Assembly: GCA_030704615.1 (NCBI GenBank)
Contig: CM060734.1
Coordinates: forward strand, 24,986,001-25,050,000
DNA from: Takakia lepidozioides
Taxonomy: Eukaryota > Plantae > Bryophyta
DNA: 64,000 bases
Direction: 5' to 3'
Positions 12,846 to 24,899 of this stretch are shown here, one piece after another (position 1 is the first letter of the stretch; each line of letters opens with the position of its first letter). A program made the translations under genes and the position numbers. The notes under the pieces were generated by a model, which was not told the DNA's origin, made no database searches, and saw only the letters and a program-made list of their open reading frames with translations.

Positions 12846-15800
12846 TTCATTTCCCCTCCATGCCTGCAAGCAATATAGCGTGTAAGAAGGGAAAGATGTT
12901 TTATAAGCGACATTTCTAATCCGAGCAAAAATAAAACAAAGAAAACAAAACTCAAACACATGCATGATAATTGCTTACCGATTGGAGAAAAGCACAGAGC
13001 TTGTCCCACGTTTTGGAAGGATCACCACTGTAACTTGACTTCCTTGTCTCCATCATGGCCAGGAACCCGTCGTTTACCAGCTTGCACATGCCCGGAAAAA
13101 TGATTCTAGATGGGTGCTCCATTGCATCGTAGGGCTATTTAAGACCCTTTGTCTTTCGGTCAGGCTTTCTGGCTGGGGGTGGGGTCTGCAGTGGCCTCGA
13201 TTGCACCACGGACTCCATCTCATTCTCATTCGGAGTGTTTTTCTGCCCCTTTACCTTCCCTTTACCCTTGTCCTTTCTAGGCTTGACTGGCGTATTTTGT
13301 GCAAGAGGCTCTTTCCCAGCCAATATCCTCAATTTTCTCTCGTGCAACTCCTTCTCCGTCAGAGGGGCCAAGGCCTCTGCATTGTCGTTTTGATTTCGGG
13401 TCACAAGCCCAGACCAAGGGCATCCAAACCGTGGGATATCCATATACCAGCAGCAGTCTCGAAGATGCGAGGTCCCGTAATCCTTCAAAATCCCTGCAGT
13501 GTACATTGTCTGAGCGTTGGATGGATCACACCATAGGTCAATAAAGTGTGGGTGTCGACTCAGGTTCTGGCCTGGAATGAGAATGTTTTTGATGTACCTA
13601 CACAATCAAAACAGAGGGAATATTAGTGAGTGGGGAAAGTGTGAGATAATTGTTTAAGGACCCCTTGACTGAGTGCGCCAACACACTCAATTTTTGGTCT
13701 GTCCAATCAGGCCCTACTTACAAGCCAGGGCAGGTGTGGCTCAGTACAAGATCGGATATTAGTATGTACAATGAGAGCTTGGGAGACACAGAAGTGCCCA
13801 CCCCTTTACTGAGTGCGTCAGCGCACACAGTTTTGGGACTGTTTATTCAAAAGAGCAGGGCTGCAACGAAATCAAAACTTCGTGAGAAAAGAAAGAAGGG
13901 TGGGAAAAGAGTGTCAAGACAAACCTGTATAGAACCCTCTTCATGGCCTGTTATGATCCATGCTGCTGCTTGAAGTCGTTAGTGCTCGAGATGCCTCCCT
14001 CTTTGGCGAACTCCCTGAAGAAGCAAGTGCCGAAGCAAGCTGCTTTCCACTGGCGGACGTAGTCTTCTAGAGTATCCATCGGTGGAGTCATAGTTATCTT
14101 GTAATCGTTCAGCTGTTTCTCCAGAACCAGCTGTGCCCGAGCCTCTATCTGCGCAAGAACAGTTCTACAATTCAGAGAAAAGATGTTGAAGAAGAGTAAG
14201 TGACTTTTCCCGGTGCAATGCAGATTTGCAGTGGAAATGGAAAGGGGAGAGGAAAAAACCTTTGCCCAGTACGTGGCTTTGTGCAGCCACATATCGAGAA
14301 CATGGTCACTGAATTGCTTTATGATTCATATTTCCTTGTTCTTCTCACTCTTCGGAAAGCAGTGGTTATCTTTCACTGTGGGGTCAGCGTCCAAATCTCA
14401 AGCCATTTCACTTTCACCTCTGGCTCCACAACGGCAGTGGACGATGATTCTTCTCCTGCATCATTTCAGGCTTGGTGTTCACGTTCCAGTGGATCCTGAC
14501 CTGATTCAAGAACTCCGGGCCAAAAGCAGGGTCGGCTATTCTGAGTTGTTTCACGAACGCGCTCATGTAGTGCCTCTTCGCCACCTCCATCTCCTTGTTC
14601 ATAGATTCTTCCACTCCTTTTGAGGATCGCTCCCCTGGGTCTTTTTTGGCACAATACTCTGCTTTCCCTTTCTCTCCAGCCTCCGCAATCTCTTGCTGAA
14701 CATTCCAGTATACAACTTATTAGTCAATTGGTTTTATGAATGAACAAGTAGACAGAGCTAGTGAAGCAATACTTACAACGTACATGTAGTCACAGAAAGC
14801 CTCCCTGGTGAGCTTGTACCACGTGTCGGCGGATTTGGAGGTCTCGCACTTCTTGTAAGCCTCAACACTGATAAGGTTTTTGAAGGTGATTAGTGGCATT
14901 TGGCCCACCTTCTGTATCCTGAATAGAGTGTGCACCAAATTCGTTGTCACGTGTGCACTTTTGGTTCCCCTGCAGTCCCAACAAACACTATGACTTCCTC
15001 CTTCACCAGGAAATACAAAACTGACAGAACAAATCGGAGAATTCTGTTGGCATGAAGGGTGAGCATTATACTTACTTGTTGATGTCATGCATAGCCGTAA
15101 GAAGTGCTGTGACGTTTCCTTTTGAATCCAGCACCATGGATGCCACAAGGTAGTGCCAGTCCTCGTCTGTGCTGTGATATTTGTTTATGACGTTCATCCA
15201 GGCCATGAAGCGGTGATTGCCATCCCAAATATGAAACATTTTCCCGGAGAACACCTGTGTGGACATTCTCCTCAAAATCTGGGCTTCGAACTCCTCGTTT
15301 ACTTCTCGCCATATTGGATCCCAGTTTTTGACAATTGACTCGTCCACCAAGACCTCCTGTCCACTGGCATCGCACAAGGAGACGTAAAACACTGGAGACC
15401 CCTCTATGTATCCATGACTAAAATCTTGCTCCAACTTGGACACATCCCTGGTCAGGGCAGGTCGAACGATTGGCATTGATATTAGGCGGCAGAGAGGGAT
15501 CATGATCTTGCCTCCAGGTACCAGCATAGACTTGATCACCCGCGCGGAATTGACCTTCTGGTACACAAGGACCTTTGCCGCTCTTTCTTCGTAGAAATGA
15601 TCGTCTTCTTCAACAGGCTTCTCAGTCACTTCTTCCTGCTGCTGCTGCTGCTTCTCAGGCTACAATCCTTTTCTTTTCCTCCCCTGCACCTCCCACAATT
15701 ACAGCCTTTCCGTCATTCCACAGTTACATTTTCCTGATTTGGCACCTACAAGAATTGAGTGCGGTGGCGCACTCACTTTCGAGACTGACAAATGATCGGA

Positions 15801-17243
15801 ACAGACAAACATCAGTTCTCCAAAATTACACACATAACCCTCCTTTCCTGTCAACCGGAATTGAGTGCGGTGGCGCACTCATTTTTGGACACCTTCCATG
15901 ACATCTAAGAAATCATGCTCATCGCAGGCACTCAGTCAATGGCTCCTTTGTCACTTCCTCTTCCACATTGTGTACTTCATTCTACAGGTAGAAACTGAGG
16001 CAAAATCTTCATTCTAGACATCATCAAATCAACCATCTACAAGTGCTCAAAAAATTGAGTGCGCAGGCGCACTCATTTCTAGGAGCCCTCCACTCTGTCC
16101 TGCTTTCTCTTGTGAGCACACTTGGGTCGTTACCTCTGTCCACGAAGATGGTCGACCTCACCTCAGAACTGAGTGCGCCACCGCACTCAGTTTCAAGGTT
16201 ATCGTTGCTGTCTATCTGAAAACTCAAAAGAGATCTCACTTTGAATGAAACACACTTTCTAACTTTCGTTTCACGTCTGTCATTTGCAATTCTATGGTGA
16301 TCCGAAACTGAGTGCGGTGGCGCACTCAGTTTGAAAGCCATCTATTATGTCTGCCTACTTCTGTTTTGAGTTCATTGGGTTTTTCACGTCTGTCCAAAAA
16401 CATTGTCGATCACACCTCGGAACTGTGTGCGCCAACGCACTCAGTTTCTAGGTTAGACATAATGTCATTCTCAGAACTCATAAGAGATCTCACTATGGAA
16501 TAATCGCACTTTCTATCTACTGTTCACCTCAGTCAATAGCAACTCAATGATTCCATGGAGCTCAGAAATTGAGTGCGGTGGCGCACTCAGTTCAGGGTGA
16601 CCACTCCAGTGTCTCACGGACCTAAACTGTGAAGATCACCTTCCTCTTTCCCTAATGCCCAAGCGATCGGCAAGCATCCAATTGAAATGAGTGCGCCACC
16701 GCACTCAGTTTCTCCGTGTCCCTCTCAGGCTTCCGTTTCAGATCCTGCTGTCTCTAAGACTTAGTTATTCACCTCGGCCTACAATGGAAGTGATAGAGCT
16801 CCCCTCAAAACTGAGTGTGGTGCCGCACCCAGTTTTCAGGGGATCTCTCGTATCCTATCTATGCACTTGGTACGACAGTCAAGCGAGATTCAAGCCTAGT
16901 CAGTCACTAGGCTGCCACTATGTTGCCCACTATGGCAGTCACTAGTCCACACAATGATAAAGAAGAAGAATACAAGAAGGATTACCCTGGGTTTCATGAC
17001 ACCACTTCCCGATGCCTCTTCTTGCCGCATCCTCACAACTTCCTTTGGTGTCGCTTCTTTCTCACCGACGGTGGTGGTGTCGATGTCCATGTCATGCACA
17101 ATGGTCTCCAGGGCAGTCTCCTCGCCTTCCATTCTTCCCTTCATTTCAGGCTGGACCGGCTCTGTGATCTGTTGTGATTCGTGGGTTGACGTATCCTTTG
17201 CAACCTGCTCATCAGCGTTTTGCAGATTGCGCAACTTTCTCAT
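12845..17243 (-). pseudogene. Intron-containing ParB/Srx-domain cargo gene of copy A; the MTase part is cut off just before motif IV
   Basis: Exons at about 17243-16986, 15745-15077, about 14970-14777, about 14710-13925, 13597-12979 and 12862-12845, with GT/AG ends where checked. ParB-like motifs IPLCRL..PIVR..VSKLEQDFSHGY..WDGNHR (15210-15224)..AMHDIN. Homologous to the gene at 37057-40424. Confidence 0.8.
15753..16836. repeat. Intronic array of 9 regularly spaced palindromes AAA(C/T)TGAGTGCG-N4-CGCACTCA(G/A)TTT
   Basis: Copies start at 15753, 15859, 16052, 16167, 16305, 16421, 16566, 16685 and 16807. Further copies lie at 13668 and 13808 (another intron) and at 21634. Confidence 0.92.
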
Positions 17244-17466
17244 TCTGACTCGCGCGTTTTTCCTCTCTCTCTCACTCGTGAAGTAAAGGGTTTGCCTTCT
17301 ACGTCTTCTTACTATGTCTTCTCTCTCACTCCCGCAGCTCTCCAGCTTGACCAACAAACAATCAAGAAAGTAAGGAACCCTGTAAAGCCGTCAGTTATGC
17401 ATGTGGTTAAGGACGTGCGTGTCTACCCTATAACCCCCCAAATGGATCGATCTCACTGGCTGCGGC

Positions 17467-17802
17467 TTATTGGGCGCCCCTAATGCCATCAATAAGGCCG
17501 AGTTCTTCAAATGTGGATGTTTTCTGATTTGGATGAAATATTGCGCACATGAGGCATGCCATCGCCCTATCATACACGGATTTTTCCTTCTTCAAAACGA
17601 AAACATACATAACGTCAGGAACGCAATGTCCGCGTTCATCCGGCGTTGGATATTTCCCGGGTTCGGCACTCAATGCACTGTCCGGGTTCACGTTGTGGAA
17701 CACCGCAAAATGCAAATTGGATTGCAATTTCCAAGACGGCGCCGTCTTTTCCCGGTGGTGTGACACTGACAAAATAAACAGTTTTTTTCCCTTCTCCATC
17801 AA
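17467..17802 (-). CDS. Small unknown ORF between the cargo gene and the transposase of copy A
   Basis: 111-aa ORF in the same position and strand as the 41911-42650 remnant of copy B. No recognisable domain. Confidence 0.3.
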   Translation of the reverse strand: MMEKGKKLFILSVSHHREKTAPSWKLQSNLHFAVFHNVNPDSALSAEPGKYPTPDERGHCVPDVMYVFVLKKEKSVYDRAMACLMCAIFHPNQKTSTFEELGLIDGIRGAQ

Positions 17803-17994
17803 TTTGGCAACTGCCCAACTGTTTTGGCTGTGTGGTTCAATACCCTCACAAGTTATTGGTTAATGTGTGGGGCCAGTTGTACAACTGCATCTTGCCTTAG
17901 CAAACACTTTTGGGATTTGGCAATCGCCTCCGGAAGGTTTTTACCTAGCCATGTCGCACAGTTGTATTGGTACTCACCATCGTATGTTCACCAC

Positions 17995-20900
17995 ATGGCT
18001 TCTCCTAATGACGTGGCCTTCGCCGAGTTTCAGTATACTGAAGAGCCTTGCCCTTTCAATGCCTCGGTTGAAGATGATGGTTTTGCTGTGGTGGAGGAGC
18101 ATGTTCTGGCAGCAAGGTTCAAGCTTGACATTGGTTGTCGAGAAAGAGATCTATGACTTGGAGGGAAACGTTCAAAGAACGTTGTTCCAGAAACCGCACG
18201 TTGCAGAGAAACACAAGGAATGGAGAGTTCTTCCTGGAAAATATTGTGTGTTCCGAAGCGAAAGGAGACAATCCGGTGGCTCCATTGTCAATCCTGGGAC
18301 AGCTGCCTCTGTCGTTCAAGGAAAGCGGCATGTGACTGTGAAGCAGGAGGACACCACTTCAACAACTTTTGTGACACTGTCGGATTCCTCGGATGATGAA
18401 TTGGCAGAAATACTGGCTCCCGTGAATAGTCTTCCTGAAGGGGACGTCGATGTTCAGGAAATCGTTAGCGTCATCCCACATCTAAAAGCATTGTCAGGAA
18501 AACCAGGATCCAAAAACGAGATCGCAGGGATACTGTGGGATTCATTCGCAACAAAAAGGGTTCATTTCCTTCCACCTTCCTTCGACGGTGACATCCTCTT
18601 TGAGCTGAATCCAATAACTTGTGTTGGGGGCCTCTCAGGTCTCTTGCAAGGAATGGATAAAAAGCATGATGGCCATCTATGGTGCAGAACCAAAACGTCC
18701 AATATCCACAACGATGTAAACTTGACATTCAGAAGGAGCGTTTGTGTGGGGCATCTCAGATGTGTGAATGCAAGTTGCCAGCATTTCATGAAGAGCGGTG
18801 CTAAAAATGAGAGTGAGTGGGAAGGACTCTCCGACAATCCTTTTATCCCAGGCTGTGCCCCACCGTCTGCCAGTACATTTGTTTGTAAGTTCTGCAAGGT
18901 GGCCCCCTCCTGCATTGCACATTGCCCTGCTCGCATGTACTACGTTACTCACCGTTGCAAAACCATGACTCGAGCCTACATTCATTTTGGGACTCACGAC
19001 CATCCTGTGTCTCACGGCGATTGCAGAGATAGTGTGGAGTTGGCGCGTGGGCTTGTCGTGGAGGAGTTTGCAAAGTCCCCTTCAGCCAAACCATCTGCCA
19101 TAGCGCTGGCTGCCAGCAAAAGTTTCCTAGAGAGGCACATTCTTGGGCAGGGAAGCGAATGCAGCTCAAGACTTGAGGGGGCTTATTTGGATGCAGTGAT
19201 GGATCACTTCTCCGTGTTGAGCTCCCCCAATATTAGGAATCAGGTGAATGCATTGAGAGTGCGCGGTGGAAACACAGGGTCCATCGAGAACATTATGGAG
19301 CTCAAGCGCATAAGTCAATATGACTTTATCCAATCTAGCGTCTTCCCGGGTCAGGGGTCTTCAAAGGTTTACTTGTTCAAGATGTCTACGGTGGGCGAGG
19401 CAGTGGCGTCAGCCTGGCCAGACGTATGCAACAAGGGGGGGATCTGGAGAAAGCCTGGATGATGTTCGATCATTGCAAATGAGTGAAGGGCTGGACAACC
19501 ATGTCTTGCTATGTTTACGACCCGAACTACCAAATAACAATGACAATTGCCATCTGTGACATGCACTCTGAAGATATAGAGTCCCAGATGATAATGTGGA
19601 ATTGTTTGCTTTCAGTCATGGAGTCCAATGGACATACAGGCATAAATTTCAACGGGTTTATGGCGGATAGTGCACAGGCTAACTTCAACGCTGTGCGCCG
19701 AGTTTTTGGATCTGGTGATCCAAAGGTACCCATGCCTAATAGGGAGCGCACATGTCTATTCCACTGGACTCAGTCCCTACAGAAACATACGAAGAGGTGC
19801 ATCAGAAGAGATCTGCAGGCGGAGCATATGAGGCTATGCTTCATGTACAAGAATGCGACTACGATGGAAGAGGCTGAGACCATGTACCAGACAGTGAGAG
19901 CATGGTGGTTCTCGTTAGGGGCTACTGATCAGGACGTTGTCAAAGAATTGGAAGACTGGTTGGTCTTTTGGCACTTCAGATACAGGCAATGGGGGGGTTT
20001 TCATGACTACTGTAAGCTGCCTTTCACCTCTGCAATCCCTTGTATGTGCCCAGTTTCTTTCCTTGTTCCTAGAACAGTCCGCGCTTGCATGAATGACGCT
20101 CTTTCATTTTCCTTTCACAGGACATGTCCCTTGAGGACATTGCGGACATGCCGTCCTGCAATCTGGCAGAAAGCGTTCACGCCGCCTGGAAGCAGCAATC
20201 TGGCAAAGCAGGAAGAGATCTGTACATTGCTACAACAGATGATCTGGTATGAGGTCTAACCCAGCAAACAAGATATCGTGACTTCCTCAGGGGGCGATGT
20301 GGGGGCAAGGGACCAGATACAACAGAGTTGATGCTGAGGGCTGCAAGAAGGTCCGGGGATCCAACGAAGATGACGGCAGTGAACAGGTGCACAATGGGCT
20401 CGCCTCTCCAATCAAGGGAGCCCCATCTAGAAGGAGAGGAAAGGTTCGGGACTTGCAAACGCAAGCTAAATACACCTCCAGGATCAGATGGGGATTCACA
20501 TCGCCATGACAGAGACAACTTCTCTGTACCCAAGATTTCTCCATACAAAGCATGGCGTCCAGTAGGAAAGAGGCTTGCTGGTGCTTTCTCTTCCACAGAG
20601 CTACTGCCACCCCTATAACTACGGGTTTCTAGCAGGACCACAGGGGGGCATTGCAAGGAGTCACCTTGTGTTGACTCCGAATGGCACATCGAGCAAACTA
20701 CTCCAGGGTCTAGAGTTGCTGGCGCTGCAGTGAGGGGCATTAGTTATGAAAAGTGTAAGTCTAGGATAGCCAAAGGATCGGCGGGTTACTCCACCAAGCA
20801 TCCGACGTTCACAGAGGTTTATTCGGCCATATATGTCAAAGGAGTCGAAGATGCACAAATTCTGGTTCTGCCCGGACGATATGGCTCGCTGTGTGAATGG

Positions 20901-21485
20901 TACCGTCCGCGACTCCTGCATTGCTAAGCCTCCCCCACCAACCCTTTGGCCAGTGCGGGTGGGAACCCCCCTAACAGCTGGAGATGGCAAGTTGAGGACG
21001 CCGATTTCGTCTACACCGATCTGTGGCGTCGACTCTTGGTGGCCTTGCTGCTATGGTGCCTCCTCTAGACATACTTCGCATCCCACGAAAAATGACAAAA
21101 CAGTGCATCGGGTGGCCTCGGGGCCTGATCATGATGAAGGTGGAATCGGCCAGACTACTTCAGGCTTCGGGTACAGGAACTATGGAAGTACCTTCAACCT
21201 GGGTATGGTGGGTTGATACTTTGGTCACATCTGGGTCTGTTTTGCACGACAGGCCTATCAGGTGATGGTGGGAAATTTTCCGGGGTGTACCTGTCCTGAC
21301 TTCGTGTGCATGCGTGAGGAAGCTCTAGGAAGAGAGGGAAATGGGTTCCCCGCAAGCATCTTTACTACATCTTTTGCGCATGATGTATTTGTGATCCCAA
21401 AAGAGACCAAATCATTCACCAGGCGACACTAGGTCCTGGTGAGGTACGGACACTTTTGCAGCGAGACATTGGCAATATCGAGTAG
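17995..21485 (+). pseudogene. Mutator-like transposase, copy A (GCM/WRKY-like Zn domain, DD(CxxH)E core, SWIM)
   Basis: GMDKKHDGHLWCRTKTSN..RSVCVGHLRC..CKFC..HFGTHDHP; MFDHCK, FMADSAQAN, CLFHW; intron 20012-20120; NLAESVHAAWK; CTCPDF..KHLYYI. Several frameshifts and stops. Confidence 0.85.
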
Positions 21486-21799
21486 TGTTGCATATGTTGC
21501 GATTTTTTGCAATGTCGGAAAGGGCTGCCTTGTTGGTAGAACATTTATACACAGCTCTTAAACTGGACAAGCAAACGATGTCTCGTTTGAAAGGTAGTTT
21601 TATTTTTTCATCGGGTTTGGTTAACGAGCCTCTAAAGTGAGTGCGTCAACGCACACCCACTTTGCCCCCACCCCAATATTCCCCGGGCAAAAACCAAAAA
21701 CCAAAAACCAAAAAAAAAAACTTTTGTTTTGTTCGTGGGCCCTGCCAAACATGGACAAGTGTCAGTATGAAAGCTCATTCTATTTTTTGACGGCCTCTA

Positions 21800-22700
21800 C
21801 AGAAGCATTGCGTAAATGAGCTTCATGATGACCATCTGTTTTTTTTTTCCACTTCATCTGGAATAACATGCACCTGAACAAGTTTCACAATGACAGCTCA
21901 TTTGTTTTCCCAACGTCCTCTTACAAACAAACCCTAAATAAGCATTCATGATGACCACATGATTTTTTTTTCACACCTCTTCTTCATAACAGAACCTGAA
22001 GAGTTGACAATGATAGAGCTCAAGTTTTTTTTTCACCTCTTCTTCACAAACAACCCTAATTTATTCATGATGACCATCTGATTTTTTTTTCACCTCTTTT
22101 TCATCAACAGAAACCTGAACAAGATTGACAATGATAGAGCTCATTTTTGTTCACCTCTTCTTCAATAACAGAAACCTTAAGAAGTTTGACAATGGTAGAG
22201 CTCTTCTTCACAAACAATCCCTAATTTATTCCCTAAATAAGCATTCATGATGACCATCTGTTTTTTTTTCACCTCTTCTTCTATAACAGAAACCTGAAGA
22301 AGTTTTGACAATGATAGAGCTCAACTTTTTTTTCACCTCTTCTTCACAAACAAAGCCTAATAAGCTTGAAGATGGTCATCTGTCAAATTTTCACCTCATC
22401 TACATTAATAAAAACCATTGCCTGTTTCACAATGAGTGGTCATTTTTGGGGCCCGTTCTTGCCCATCCTCATTATTTTAATCCTCTCCTTCAATATTTCA
22501 TCCATCCATCATTCATCCACCATGGATGAAATACTGGAAACGTCAGATAGCTTGACAATGAGCATCCAAACTTTTCTTGCCTCTTGTTCATGCAAGAATC
22601 CCTAAGTAAGATCATGATGACTCACCCAGCCTTTTATTTCACCTTTCTTCAATAAGAAACCCTCAATAACTTTCACATTACCATTCCATGTTTTCTATAC
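21800..22700. repeat. Subterminal tandem repeat (about 60/120-bp units, CATGATGACCATCTGATTTTTTTCACCTCTTCTTC) of the MULE family
   Basis: Many imperfect tandem units; the same repeat occurs at 8920-9430. Confidence 0.8.
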
Positions 22701-23624
22701 CTCTTTTTTTAAGCGCTTAACTGCTTCCCGACATAGGACCCCTCTCTAAACAGAGGAAGCTGGTATGGGGCCTGCTTCTTCCTCCACTAAACCCTTGGGC
22801 TCACGCTTAGAGGGCAAAGCGTGAGCCGAGCTCCTGGGCTCACCCGGCTAGGCTCACGCCGTAGCTGCGCTCGTCCTCCATTGGGCCTGCGGTATCTAGT
22901 GCTACCCTCTCTCCTTCGTTAGAAACATTGTTTACGAGTAATGTAAAGGTTTTTTCAAGATGGTCTAGGATGGGCACAATTGGACATTGCTCCCGGTGCT
23001 TCTCCAATCTCCAACCACCGAGGTTAGGAGGGTTATGACACTTCAACGGGATTTGCTGATCAATGCACAAGAGAGAGAGAGGTTGGAGAGGGTGGAGAGG
23101 GGTGCATATTAACGTGGGAGGAAGCTTCGGCGCCGAACACTGTAAATCGTAAAAACATTCCTCTCGACGGGGAGCACTCAGATATCAATAATGTCTTGTG
23201 AAGGGAAAACTACTGCTTGATCCCCACATACGCAAAATTGAACATGCCGATAAATGTAAGCATAGTCAGACATTTGATGAGAGACTGTCAGTGTTTTTTT
23301 TCCTGGCGAAAAATCGCCAGATTTCGACCTGGAGAATTGGTCAGCTATTTTTATTAATTATGAGAATAAAATTCAAGAAAATCGCCAAAAAGCGCCACCA
23401 AGTTTAAATACCAGGAGACAAATTTGTCCTACGTGGAACGGTTAAAATAGGACACCTGTAATATAGCCTCTTTTCTAGCTTTGTCACCTCGTTATTCTCG
23501 CCTTGCCAGTGAGGTATAATCTGCTCATCTCTCCTGAGAGAGCACTGAAATTTTCAAGCTTATTCATTAGTTGTAAGCATACCCATTGGTTGTAACAACA
23601 TATTAGAAGATGAATTTGGCTACC

Positions 23625-23760
23625 GGTTGGCATGAGAGGAGTTTCTAGGTCTTTCACATTGTGCACCAAAAATTTGACGAAACCACTAGCAGCATATGCT
23701 TTGTCTTTTTTTTGACCCATAACCATGTTAGGCATCAGTGTGGCGCCTTTGAACATATGT
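23625..23760 (-). pseudogene. RPL32: 60S ribosomal protein L32 exon fragment
   Basis: [28 protein letters not shown] matches the RPL32 segment FKG..MPNIGYG..GFxKFxVHNVKELExLxM. Confidence 0.75.
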
Positions 23761-24899
23761 GCTGAGTACCATTTAACTTTGCGTCATGCAGCTTTCTAGA
23801 ATGATGTGAAATCCAGACTTTAATGAACAACTGCTTGGAGTACATTGTTGTCAATGCATACAAGCCATGAACTGTGCATTGACAGCCAACAAGCAAATAA
23901 TCATGATTAACAATTGAGAACAAAAATGTGATACCATCCTACCACTACATTACCACGAACCCACTTTCCAATGCAGCCATGGTATTATAAAGTTGCGTAG
24001 GTGTAGATGCATATTTTTGGTACACTTTTCTTTTAGATCGTGTTTTTATCATAGACAAGCGGTTTTTCGTCGGCATTGTACTACCCAAAACAGGTTAGTT
24101 CTGTTTGGTATCGAAAATCGTTGGTAAAGCACGTAGGAAAATTACAGTATCTGCGACGACCATGGAGTTGAACTCTGGTGTCAAGATGACCGTAGGAAGC
24201 TGCATCGACAGCAGATTATCTATAACCAATTCGGTACCAGAAACGGCAAGTTATTCCTGTTCAAACAATACATGATGACTGTTCCAGTCCCAGATTGCGA
24301 TCTCTCTTTTCTCTCGCCTTTCAAGTCCAGTAGGAACACACGGCAAAGAGCTTGGCAATTGGGGAAAGCGACATGTACAGCGATAAATATCGCAACAAGC
24401 AATTGGTTCGCATCGGAATGACAGCAGGTCAAGGACAACTTTCAAACGGCGAAGCGTGGACTTTTAGCGGTGCGGGCCAACTGGAGGGGACTGCGGACAA
24501 ACCTATGACTCAGTGGCAGGGTCAAAGACCCCAGAGCCATCACCAGGGATTTGAATTCCAAAATACCACAAAATCTATGTATAGCGAAATACGACGAATG
24601 GCGAGAAGCCAACTTTTTCCCACCGATGGAGCTGAGAATTTCAAGCTGATACGGGGTATATTGTAGTTTGTTACCAAGTTTGGTGATTTATGGAGCTGAT
24701 TAGCAGTGGGGCCAAATTATTGAGTCGACGGCACTCACGGGGGCCGATTATTTGCATTTCTACTTCTTGGATGGTAAAAAATCCTGGAATTCGCCTGAGG
24801 AGCTGGATGGATAAAATGACAACTCGCGCCAACTGGTCATCCAATTGGATGGATGAAATCCAGCTTTTATTTGCCTCTAAGACTTTTCATCCATGTTGA

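Larger units (their letters stand above)
12845..22905. mobile_element. MULE-like element copy A: ParB/MTase cargo gene (-) plus GCM-DDE-SWIM transposase (+); left end truncated
   Basis: Same divergent two-gene layout as copy B. The right end is inferred from where homology to copy D stops (about 22905 versus about 9590). No TIR or TSD could be confirmed. Confidence 0.8.

Noticed and set aside
15753-16836. CRISPR array
   Set aside because: It is intronic in a eukaryotic gene, the spacers are too long and variable (about 80-165 bp), repeat orientation alternates, and there are no cas genes.
18562-20990. Antisense ORFs over transposase A (and similarly over transposase B and the LINE)
   Set aside because: These are shadow frames of genuine coding sequence on the opposite strand.
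22850-22900. Helitron 3' end (hairpin + CTAG)
   Set aside because: The hairpin is weak and the region is shared with MULE copy D, so it is more likely the MULE right end.
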